64,000 bases of DNA from a virus. This document shows, piece by piece, positions 22,101 through 29,318 of the stretch. Made by a program: the position numbers and the translations under genes. Numbering within the stretch: the stretch's first letter is position 1; each line of letters starts with the position of its first letter. The stretch lies in IMG/VR virus record IMGVR_UViG_3300030061_002970. One strand, given 5' to 3'. The notes under the pieces are model-generated. The model did not search any database. It was given only the letters and a program-made list of their open reading frames with translations, and had not been told where the DNA came from.

Positions 22101-24148
22101 CTAGTTGTCAATGTTCACAAGTAGGACCATGTTCTTGTCAACAATGTACTAGTGGACTTAACTGTGTATATCCAAATTTAACATTATGTAATTTAGCAGC
22201 AACTGCAACTCCTTGTTGTCAACCACCACAAACAGGATACTATGTTTGTGATACAGGAAATCCAAACCCAGGTACTGGAGTTTGTCCTTGTGTGTGGGAC
22301 GCAAATGCTATTGTGGGGTATAATTCTATCTCAGATTGTACAGGTGACACCAGTACATGTTGCTATCAACCAACTCCAACAATGTGGAAATGTAACCCTT
22401 ATTCAGCAACTACATCAGGATGGTCAGGTTGGGATGGTTATTTACAACAGATGAATACTGTGGGGACTACAGCGTTAAATCATTTTACTATAGACGTTGC
22501 AGATGCTCAATATCTAGTATTAATGGGGCAGTCTCAAGCATACGCCAATACAATAATAAATGCAGGGTATTTCCCAGATGAACTAACAGCTTTACAAGTG
22601 TTTTTTGCTAAAGCTAGAGGATTGGGTTATGATTTTGATGGTCCTGGTTCTACATTGGCTGGTGCTAGTCTTAGTGCTTACTACTTTGGTCTTGCAAATT
22701 ATGTTAGTCATGTACAATGTTTTCCATATACAACACAACCAGGATTACAACAATCTCCTGACTGTTTTGCACAAGTAGCGGATGGTACCTATCGTTTGAA
22801 AAGACTGCTAGTGAATACTACCATCCCATCTATACTTGGTGGTGGTGGTAACGTTCTTATCTACTTTAGTGAGAATACTTATTGGTATAATGTGATGATG
22901 GGAAATACATCATGTCTAACCAATGCCAGTCTGAATATAATCTACAGTCCGAGTCAGGCGGGTAGTCCTCAGTATAGTCCTGATGGATATCTTCTTGACC
23001 TTGCATTACTTATTAGTACCATAAATAATGACCCTAATATACCTTGTAATGGTCCTTCAGCACCTACTACAGCACTTAAGGTTATTTCTCTACCAATGTG
23101 TACACCACCATGTGAATGTTACCAAGACCCTAGTGGTGTATATAGTTCACTGTCACAATGTGAACTAGACCCAACAAATTGTTGTGATACAATTATACCA
23201 GATAGTTGGGATTGTGTTAATTGTCCGGGAACATGTAATTGTTTAGACCCAGGAACTGGACTAGGTGTGTATACAACACTTAATGATTGTTTAACTGATT
23301 GTGTAAACCCACTTACACAAGGTTGTGAAGATTGTGATATTACCTTAGCTAATGTTTTAACTTCACAAGCAATCTATTTGGGTGGATGGGACCCACTCAC
23401 CCAATATAATTTAAGTGAGTGTGTAGTTTCTGATGATGATGATTGTTGTTATTGTTGTGTACCAGCAGGGCCTACACCAAATAGTGCAAACCCATACACT
23501 TCTCAAAGTCTACAAACTATGTTATTTCAAGTTGCTGCAGCTTCAGTATGTAAAGATGGTCAAGGAGACCCTAGTTCTATCATAGGTATAAATATTGGTG
23601 GTGGAATGTGGTTACCGTGTAACGTTGATGTTAATAATAACCCATGTGGTACTTCACCCATTGTAGAATGTGAGGACTGTAATACGACACTATATAACGA
23701 TTTACCAACACCAGTAACTTTCCCACACCAATCAATTAATACAGCATATACTTCTGTACCATTTCAATTAGGTCAATGTATATATAATGTAGACCCTACA
23801 AAAATAAACGAAAATTGTTGTTGGTGTTGTGGTTGTGAATTTGGTTGGGATAGTGTTGATAACAAATGTTTAGAACCAGGTCCTATCGGCCCTGCTGGAC
23901 CTGGTGGACCAAGTTTACCAACAGCTAAGTCTGCACAATATAGTTCAGTAATGCCACCACCTTGCCAAATTATTAATATGGACCCAGGTACTGGTGACCC
24001 TAACAGTGGTGATTTTATAGTTAATAATGGTACCTATAATAGTGCGTGGTTACCTTGTGGTGTTAATAGTCTAAATAATCCTTGTGGTGGTGCAAATAGT
24101 TCATCCTCATCATCCATACAACCGGACTCATCTATAGTACCTTTTTAA
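16199..24148 (+). CDS. giant (2649 aa) cysteine-rich modular virion protein, probable fibre/adhesin: PKD-like N-terminal part, CBM5/12-like motifs, many (W/Y)xC…GC…Y.SL..C…C repeats
   Basis: Single long ORF; YRIDWG…YEY..P.QY PKD-like motif; repeated Cys modules; no signal peptide. Confidence 0.7.
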   Translation: MDIQKFTIRRNTPDTGSTGTIPCTGGTNFYPINLSTNCSGDTMYNSTGSQIMSALDSGVMSSFPDELKDCSPTIPCVILWDAALNPSPNNCYNPDGYSYVKFKGLVLTSGGTFYTGSYNDLITIYDVTNTNINQPLNSQGINAFWGESVEICSCLDPLDDILYKLPLTLTQDFNDIGHYSIWDGRIDQQQVFSNFTFTANTTGNGMKIQVYNTTNFGSYKEFQQSSYRIDWGECDCSIPVNANGYPCCEDLQYPSLTSEYEYVNPSQYSIKITHEGPWGPTSVSQIITVPNLTYTQILAQPFSSAPPTGAGMGGAAVGAGVALSPTTPGGDPYQVNLSGPNPTPSVTPPPMFTSTAYHGTYGTIGTPNYYPLDSGTNINQYSGTSIGCFELTGITESSVGIFSTYSNTPSTTAPGFLPNGFEKFVTVPVGGDVIDPLTNTITAGMVGEIFEANAIYTGYTISSANGQTPIDFYDFPNGITIFVATSCGLNSLAFGGEDCFECPEETCEFCLTKDEYIDRVTLTVETITPNPPSSPPNWSPFVDYVKGDIVYDVTPQSCCCYIAVTDITQTSNVGGNSPFAGILPHQLYQGVYVNPTGPDVHVWEGCTPDCVSCPTGSALPCEDPYNIFNAYSPMGAIGIAGQWNNTQVFNAGEFIYGPDGNCYRAINNVPAGIVPTATTNVTSWDYVGCASWVCPQDLTNVGPDVCELISGSTPNSFTFYAGPGGCLTAYNNGNCPVDDRWHCPNQYNCDTPGCIQIDYTHPQYNNPGYPLSVTFSSMTDCEDWCNPIAWSCTTPTNTPCCSEVSCAALPDSDYYDIMTNYILATPQVTATNNQLFLDPFYTLNDCETGVPGQGISACCDFTAWEYFCDTGCVQITGGNYPTSGDCASDPNNLGGLPGPCGWDCYDPWYQPCSGGTGFPGSTTCVPCYTNGCGQYNTSADCCTYCNPPLTDCWVCLSGSATPCQNLAPCPTPLPTWEADWAIDPALVPLSGFGANPNPTDPTLALLYPNGSYATAQDCDDNCPTDGGIDCLVSLTNGSSYGNCANYPNPVALPSGWGWSPGGPYDSYSACCIATGCCDIECDENSSIFNPMSGLYDPSWPYWPCVYTPVAVGSANIPCSPLGPIYCTFTECVTANPNGCIPDGETCECACDPFTGGVGVDQEEWDSTYNNYQQYDYVSWQVGAPDVCCYYCDVPSGSNPYVGPPAGFYDCNYFIPGGPDAPNGTPNAWISCGSTPSGNTVGGCDPCQQVSGDTYSCDFIDGCVLNVIPCNFVLGSEAANNCYTASTCMDHCRAGCFCDDNGTPSDPSDDFTDCVMQQDVINGVTTNSSSWYGFLSVWQCQQGILAPPPSNLDCCSGATSKFHCDDTEWCSSLNPCVAPDGCGCIEVFPGDPLYPTAAYTTLSDCQQNCKWACDPSSTGGQCQFVGNNPLNLFPEHTSAFDCWSNTNNCNCTAPSVYFCDTNAGQSATTTNCFPETTIVSWIATPPFPGWTQNQVFGQQGTGTPYPAGATGFASLGDCQAACRFCCDTNVSCTCDLNPYNFSCALSIGDCISLQAQYPCCPQTTEYCCDETLGCISFVGTMPASCVHGPFATPTQCQDECNFICGECKPDLGATAQPDPCHCSLITIPFYSAVPPYGACTAYNTLADCIANSYPLGGTGSNNTTCCPCEDCKTAGSVTFPIIDAGGTWSLSNVAIPMPIVGSVLATPAWTPGVSYTIGDVVIDGGGSGGTLTSCCFVMVYDQYDPALHSSMNPHEWYDAYANELANNTPSTFPGGQPNGGYPMWVPCDTSCPTTAATPTMYECLPGQPIYTGPCMNATLQYPINPVGNTGYGAMGINAGTSSWSFPQIFFDWIVQTFPPNTAFASKKAVSPNAVNASCPNPDPNQYGGAGGMFLTRPSCHSQNVIYTTANGCPQSVPFLDWNEAITWLNQVNTNLGLPTTFNTGMNVQEARDEMTSYGETNVGLFAGSSSCQCSQVGPCSCQQCTSGLNCVYPNLTLCNLAATATPCCQPPQTGYYVCDTGNPNPGTGVCPCVWDANAIVGYNSISDCTGDTSTCCYQPTPTMWKCNPYSATTSGWSGWDGYLQQMNTVGTTALNHFTIDVADAQYLVLMGQSQAYANTIINAGYFPDELTALQVFFAKARGLGYDFDGPGSTLAGASLSAYYFGLANYVSHVQCFPYTTQPGLQQSPDCFAQVADGTYRLKRLLVNTTIPSILGGGGNVLIYFSENTYWYNVMMGNTSCLTNASLNIIYSPSQAGSPQYSPDGYLLDLALLISTINNDPNIPCNGPSAPTTALKVISLPMCTPPCECYQDPSGVYSSLSQCELDPTNCCDTIIPDSWDCVNCPGTCNCLDPGTGLGVYTTLNDCLTDCVNPLTQGCEDCDITLANVLTSQAIYLGGWDPLTQYNLSECVVSDDDDCCYCCVPAGPTPNSANPYTSQSLQTMLFQVAAASVCKDGQGDPSSIIGINIGGGMWLPCNVDVNNNPCGTSPIVECEDCNTTLYNDLPTPVTFPHQSINTAYTSVPFQLGQCIYNVDPTKINENCCWCCGCEFGWDSVDNKCLEPGPIGPAGPGGPSLPTAKSAQYSSVMPPPCQIINMDPGTGDPNSGDFIVNNGTYNSAWLPCGVNSLNNPCGGANSSSSSSIQPDSSIVPF

Positions 24149-24154
24149 TTTAAA

Positions 24155-24733
24155 ATGATTATGGAATATGGGAAACATAAAAAATATGAAATAGGGTACA
24201 TCAAAGTAGATAAAAAAATTTATATGCCTACAGTAGAAAGGTTAGATAAATGGGTTGATATAATATCTAAAAAAAAATGGTATAATAATTTTGAATTTTA
24301 TATTACAGGTTCTTTTACAAGTCACATAATGAAAATAAGACCTTTTTGGCCTACATGGGATGTAGACATGGTTGTAACACAAGAAGAAGGTAAAGAATTG
24401 GACTATGATTTAATTAAAAGAGTCTTACTGGAATCTGTTGAGGTTGCTTTAATAGATTGTGATTTTTGGATGGACCTAAGTTTCCAAAGAAAAAAAGATA
24501 TATGGGGGTTAAAACCAGGACAATCACTAAATAACGCAGCCACTCATATAGTAAAAGCAATCAAATATAGTAATAAAGGTAAGGTAGAACTAACTAAAGA
24601 TTTGTGGGAAATACACAGAGAGTTTCCCCTAAAAAAACATATAGCAAGAAATAAGTTTGGTTTTAAATACGGCAAACTAATTTCAATAAAAGAATACAAA
24701 GAAAAATATTATAAACAAAATGTGTCAGTATAA
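24155..24733 (+). CDS. Pol-beta superfamily (minimal) nucleotidyltransferase-like protein
   Basis: FYITGSF…TWDVDMVV…WMDLSF matches hG[GS]-x-DhDh plus a third Asp. Confidence 0.6.
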   Translation: MIMEYGKHKKYEIGYIKVDKKIYMPTVERLDKWVDIISKKKWYNNFEFYITGSFTSHIMKIRPFWPTWDVDMVVTQEEGKELDYDLIKRVLLESVEVALIDCDFWMDLSFQRKKDIWGLKPGQSLNNAATHIVKAIKYSNKGKVELTKDLWEIHREFPLKKHIARNKFGFKYGKLISIKEYKEKYYKQNVSV

Positions 24734-24746
24734 ATTATTACTGGGA

Positions 24747-24753
24747 TATTTAT
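24747..24753 (+). promoter_or_regulatory. TATTTAT putative late promoter
   Basis: 20 nt before the ATG at 24767. Confidence 0.6.
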
Positions 24754-24766
24754 AATAAAATAATAG

Positions 24767-24988
24767 ATGGGATTTAAAAAAATTTTTAGAAATGGTTGTA
24801 TACCACCTTTAACAAAAGAAGAGGTTTTAATGAATGTTTGTGAAAGACCAGAAACCAGGTCTAACATATTTATTGAAAGAGGTAAAATAACCGTCTTTGA
24901 AAAACCCCAAAGACTAGGACAAACACCAAATTTAGGTGAGTTAGAGTTACATGGATATGGGTTTTATAAAATTAATAAACAACCTTAA
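24767..24988 (+). CDS. small structural-module protein (possibly the detached C-terminal domain of the 16199 protein)
   Basis: LTKEEVL…SNIFIERGK…QRLG…LGEL…GYGFY; has its own TATTTAT motif. Confidence 0.65.
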   Translation: MGFKKIFRNGCIPPLTKEEVLMNVCERPETRSNIFIERGKITVFEKPQRLGQTPNLGELELHGYGFYKINKQP

Positions 24989-24990
24989 AA

Positions 24991-25899
24991 ATGGCATTAG
25001 GAGCATACGGAATAAAAAGACCAGCTGACGTACTTCCAGACGACGTACAAATTATTGTACACTACACACCAAGTAGGGACGCAACCTCTAATTTTGTAGT
25101 TTCACAATTACCAGCAAATACCTTATTAACACCACATTACCACCAAAATAATACTGGTGGGGCAAACGGTGTTGAAATTCTAGGTGGACTATATGATTTA
25201 CAATTACCATCCAACGTCTTCGCAGCTAAAGGAATTTATACAATTTATATTAGACCAGTAGAGATAAGAACTACTATAATAGATTGTGGTATCTTAGCTT
25301 CTCTACCAAACGTAAAAGGACTTGTCTTTGATTTAAATAATGTACCAGCAGCATATAGAAGTAGATTTAAACCACATTCCTTAGTGGGTTATAGAATAGA
25401 ATACTTACAAGCAAATGGAGAAAAAATACATAACTTTTTTAGAATAGTAACATCTAATTTTTATTGTGAACCAGTAGCAGCAAATCTAACAAACCCAAAT
25501 CAGGTAGCACCAAGATACGTCTACACAAATACTGAAACAAATTTAATATTTTGTACACTAACACCAACAAGTGCCCCATCAAATAATCCTAACGCGATTC
25601 CATTTATAGGGCAACCGGGACAAAACGTTATAATTACAAATACTTTTTTCAACCCAATTGTTTTAGATGTAGAAATGGTAGACCATGACTTTGACACTTT
25701 AGCTATTGCATTATACGGTAACCAATCTAAATCAATAGACGACGGAATCTACACCCTTTACGACTTTAACCAAAATATCTATCAACAATACGATTTATAT
25801 GAGGTTAGAGACCAATTTAATGACCAATTATACGAAATTAGAGCGAATAGAGGTAACAATATAGATTTTAGTAAGACATTTAGTACAATAAACGTTTAA
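24991..25899 (+). CDS. putative virion structural protein
   Basis: 302-aa beta-rich ORF in the structural operon. Confidence 0.6.
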   Translation: MALGAYGIKRPADVLPDDVQIIVHYTPSRDATSNFVVSQLPANTLLTPHYHQNNTGGANGVEILGGLYDLQLPSNVFAAKGIYTIYIRPVEIRTTIIDCGILASLPNVKGLVFDLNNVPAAYRSRFKPHSLVGYRIEYLQANGEKIHNFFRIVTSNFYCEPVAANLTNPNQVAPRYVYTNTETNLIFCTLTPTSAPSNNPNAIPFIGQPGQNVIITNTFFNPIVLDVEMVDHDFDTLAIALYGNQSKSIDDGIYTLYDFNQNIYQQYDLYEVRDQFNDQLYEIRANRGNNIDFSKTFSTINV

Positions 25900-25905
25900 C
25901 GAGTT

Positions 25906-28900
25906 ATGGCTAGTAATAGATTTAGATATCCACCAGCACCAGGACACGGAGGAGATACCTTTAGTGATAATCTAGTAGGTAATCAAATAACAGACGGGTC
26001 TTCACAAATGACTATGGGTAATTTTTCCATTGGTCAAGAATACACTCGAAGCGTATCCACACCTCAAAAACTAGAAGGATTTTCTAATCCAATTACCCTA
26101 GAATCTTTAGATTTTAACGACTTAAAAACAGCACAGGCATTTGTAAAAAATAATTACCAAGTATACATTAATACTGATACAAATAATATAGCCGAATTAG
26201 TTTTATATGGTTCATTAAAAAAGAGATTAAGTGTTGCTACCCAAAGTATCATTAATTTTTTTCCTGCAGCTCTATTCATTGATGGGGTAAATTCACTTAA
26301 TCAAAGTGGTAATACCACAGCTTATAATATAAACTACAATAGTGGCACAGACCAAACTACTTTTAATGTAAGTGTAGACCACATATCAAATCCATTTGTT
26401 ATAGAATTTACCTCAAATGGTGAGTTACTTAATACACCTATTAGTAAGGAACAAATTTTAAATAATTTAGAAATGTTTGGTTATGGAGCTGATACATTAA
26501 TTAAAGTTGCAGATGGAACAGTATCTAAATTAAGAAATTTAACTACAGAGTATAAAAATTATGTTTTAACCCTGGGTGGGGAAATAAATGCTTTAGAATA
26601 TAAAATAATAGATTTTAAACCACAAACTGTAACTACAGGTTTTCTAACTTTTACTGTTGAGGGTAATCCATTTATAAATAATAGTAGTACTACGGATACA
26701 TTCTTCATTAAACCTAATAGTTTAGAAAGTGACGAAGCATTCAAAAACTTCGATTATGTTGAAAGGTTTTTAATGAACAGAGATGTAGTACCTGAATATA
26801 CAGCAACTTTTAAATTAATAAAAGAATCTAGTGCGGGTGGAACATTTTATAGTAATACTATGATAACTTGGCCTAAACAAGACGCTATTAATATAGACAT
26901 AACTAGTAGTGGGTACACTAATTATCTAACTCAGTTATCTGACTTAGGAAATGAATTAGATGTACAAAAAACTAACTTAGTTTCTAGATTTTTAACGGCA
27001 CCAGTACTAAAAGAATTTGATACTACAGACCAAAAAATAGAAAAAACACTACAAATATATGGTAGAAGTTTTGATGATATAAAAACATTTGTAGATGGTA
27101 TAGCTTACATGACCAATGTAACATATGACAGTAAAAATAACATACCTAACGAATTAATTAAAAACTTCGCAAGAACCTTAGGGTGGTCAACACCTAACAC
27201 ACTAAATAACAACACATTCTTAGACAACGTATTAGGGGTAACAGTACCAGAATATTCAGGTAGTAGTGCAAGTATGACACCTGCAGAATTAGATATAGAA
27301 TTATATAGGAGGATACTACTTAACACAGGATACCTATTTAAATCAAAAGGTACTAGGAAATCTATAGAATTTCTATTAGGTTTAATAGGTGCACCTGAAG
27401 CTTTAGTTGAGTTTAATGAGTATATAGTTTTAGCGGATGCAAAAATAAATTTAAATAAATTTTATGATGCTTGGGCTGTTGTTTCTGGTGGGACATATGT
27501 AACTAAAACAATAAAATATAGTATACCATTTTCATCTTTTACATATGTTACCGGTACAACCACTAATAATTTTAATTTTGGGGACTACCCGATAGACGGT
27601 GCTGGATACCCAAAAGTACCACCAACAAACAACAATTTCTTTTTCCAAAGAGGAGCGGGTTGGTTCGAAAGAACAGAGGAACATAAATCAGATTTAGTTA
27701 TAAATCAAGAAGCCTCAACATTAAGTGGGTGTAATCCTAGTGTAGTTACTAAATTTAATAATTTTACTTGGGGTGGATTTTGGTCTACTGGTATACACTC
27801 TAACAATCCTAAAGCACCATATTTAGATAGATTTAGAAGATTTCCACATATGTATTTTGGGTATTCCCTAGAAAGAATTATAGACGACAAGAAATCTTGG
27901 GTAGAAATAGGGGAAGACATATATAGACCAGATTTAGACCCTGATATGGGTATTTTCCAATTAAATAACACACAGCAAAATTTTAAAAACAGTGTTTATA
28001 GGGAAAAATGTGGACAATTACAAAGAAGAAAAGAAAAATTAATTGCTAAGTTTGAAGAATTAACCGCCGCGGGTACAAACCCAAACTGGAGAAAACTACT
28101 TATAAGTAGAATTCGATATGTCGAAATGTTTCAAAAAAATAAATGTAAGACAGAAGACGAAACTAGAAGATATAGTTTTAATGATAGATATTGGAGAAGT
28201 GCATACTACCAAACAAGTAACGAAAAATTAATTTTAAATGTTAAAAATGTTGATTTAAATTTAAATATAGGACAAGGATTGACGTACGATGTTTGGAAAC
28301 AATCTAGTTTATATAATTGCATGTTTAGTGGTGGTACATTACCACCACCCTACCCATCAAGTGGTGGGACCTGGGACTCAACAAATCCACAAATTAATGC
28401 TAAAAAATTAGACTTTAAGTTATTTAAAGATAATTTCTGGAAATATTTTATTGATGTAAAAAATAGAATGACCATAAATGATGGTAAAACTGGTGGGTAT
28501 CCAGTACTACAACAAATGTATCTAGATTATCTAAATAAAAGTTGTGGTGAGAATAATAAGTATACCTACACTAAAATGGTTGATTACGCACAATCGATGG
28601 GAGACTATTGGATAAGAATAGTAGAACAAATGGTACCAGCAACAACACTATGGACTAGTGGGGTTAAAATAGAAAATTCTGATTTTCACAGAGACAAATT
28701 TGTATATAGATGTTTTTCTATGTCAGGAATATCCTATGATTCTGGATATACAACTACCTTTACAGTAAATCCGACAGGGTATACCTCTTTTCCAGCACCA
28801 CAGTTCCAAGCAAGGATGATGAGTTTCAACGCACCACCTGTGGCCCCACAACCAAATACTAGATATTATAATAACATACTAACCGGTAATACAACTAATC

Positions 28901-29310
28901 CAATATCCACTTATGCTTCAGAATATGACATAAATCAAAAGTCATTAATATCGGGAAGTGAGTTAGTGGTCAAAGAAGGTAAAATATTAGCTAATGAATT
29001 TAACACAAACAAAAGAAAATTTGAATCCGAACCAATCTTTACAAAACAAGGTAGTACAAATAATCTTTTATGTGTGTATGGTTTAAAAGAATTCGGCAAT
29101 CAAGGACTAGGTTGGTTAAAAACCTACAATTTAAATAGTGGTGGTGGACTCACAAGTCCAACCCAACAAGCAACCACAACTACACCACCATCACGTGGTG
29201 GTACCTCGGGTATAAATACAACTTCTAGTGCTGGTTCTTCAGGTGGAGGTGGATATTCACCAAGTGCTGGAGCTGGAGGTTCTTCAGGCGGAGGTGGTGG
29301 AGGATATTAA
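25906..29310 (+). CDS. baseplate wedge/tail protein (P2 gpI / T4 gp7-like segment) with a Gly/Ser tail
   Basis: FARTLGW…YRRILLN..YLFKSKGTRKSIEFLL..IG motif; IVEQMVPATT; ends SSGGGGGGY. Confidence 0.6.
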   Translation: MASNRFRYPPAPGHGGDTFSDNLVGNQITDGSSQMTMGNFSIGQEYTRSVSTPQKLEGFSNPITLESLDFNDLKTAQAFVKNNYQVYINTDTNNIAELVLYGSLKKRLSVATQSIINFFPAALFIDGVNSLNQSGNTTAYNINYNSGTDQTTFNVSVDHISNPFVIEFTSNGELLNTPISKEQILNNLEMFGYGADTLIKVADGTVSKLRNLTTEYKNYVLTLGGEINALEYKIIDFKPQTVTTGFLTFTVEGNPFINNSSTTDTFFIKPNSLESDEAFKNFDYVERFLMNRDVVPEYTATFKLIKESSAGGTFYSNTMITWPKQDAINIDITSSGYTNYLTQLSDLGNELDVQKTNLVSRFLTAPVLKEFDTTDQKIEKTLQIYGRSFDDIKTFVDGIAYMTNVTYDSKNNIPNELIKNFARTLGWSTPNTLNNNTFLDNVLGVTVPEYSGSSASMTPAELDIELYRRILLNTGYLFKSKGTRKSIEFLLGLIGAPEALVEFNEYIVLADAKINLNKFYDAWAVVSGGTYVTKTIKYSIPFSSFTYVTGTTTNNFNFGDYPIDGAGYPKVPPTNNNFFFQRGAGWFERTEEHKSDLVINQEASTLSGCNPSVVTKFNNFTWGGFWSTGIHSNNPKAPYLDRFRRFPHMYFGYSLERIIDDKKSWVEIGEDIYRPDLDPDMGIFQLNNTQQNFKNSVYREKCGQLQRRKEKLIAKFEELTAAGTNPNWRKLLISRIRYVEMFQKNKCKTEDETRRYSFNDRYWRSAYYQTSNEKLILNVKNVDLNLNIGQGLTYDVWKQSSLYNCMFSGGTLPPPYPSSGGTWDSTNPQINAKKLDFKLFKDNFWKYFIDVKNRMTINDGKTGGYPVLQQMYLDYLNKSCGENNKYTYTKMVDYAQSMGDYWIRIVEQMVPATTLWTSGVKIENSDFHRDKFVYRCFSMSGISYDSGYTTTFTVNPTGYTSFPAPQFQARMMSFNAPPVAPQPNTRYYNNILTGNTTNPISTYASEYDINQKSLISGSELVVKEGKILANEFNTNKRKFESEPIFTKQGSTNNLLCVYGLKEFGNQGLGWLKTYNLNSGGGLTSPTQQATTTTPPSRGGTSGINTTSSAGSSGGGGYSPSAGAGGSSGGGGGGY

Positions 29311-29318
29311 AAAATAAT

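Noticed and set aside
16199-24988. Diversity-generating retroelement, intron or intein as the cause of the giant gene's structure
   Set aside because: No reverse transcriptase, no near-identical TR/VR pair differing at adenines, no group I/II core and no intein or homing-endonuclease motifs were seen; the repeats are diverged at the DNA level.
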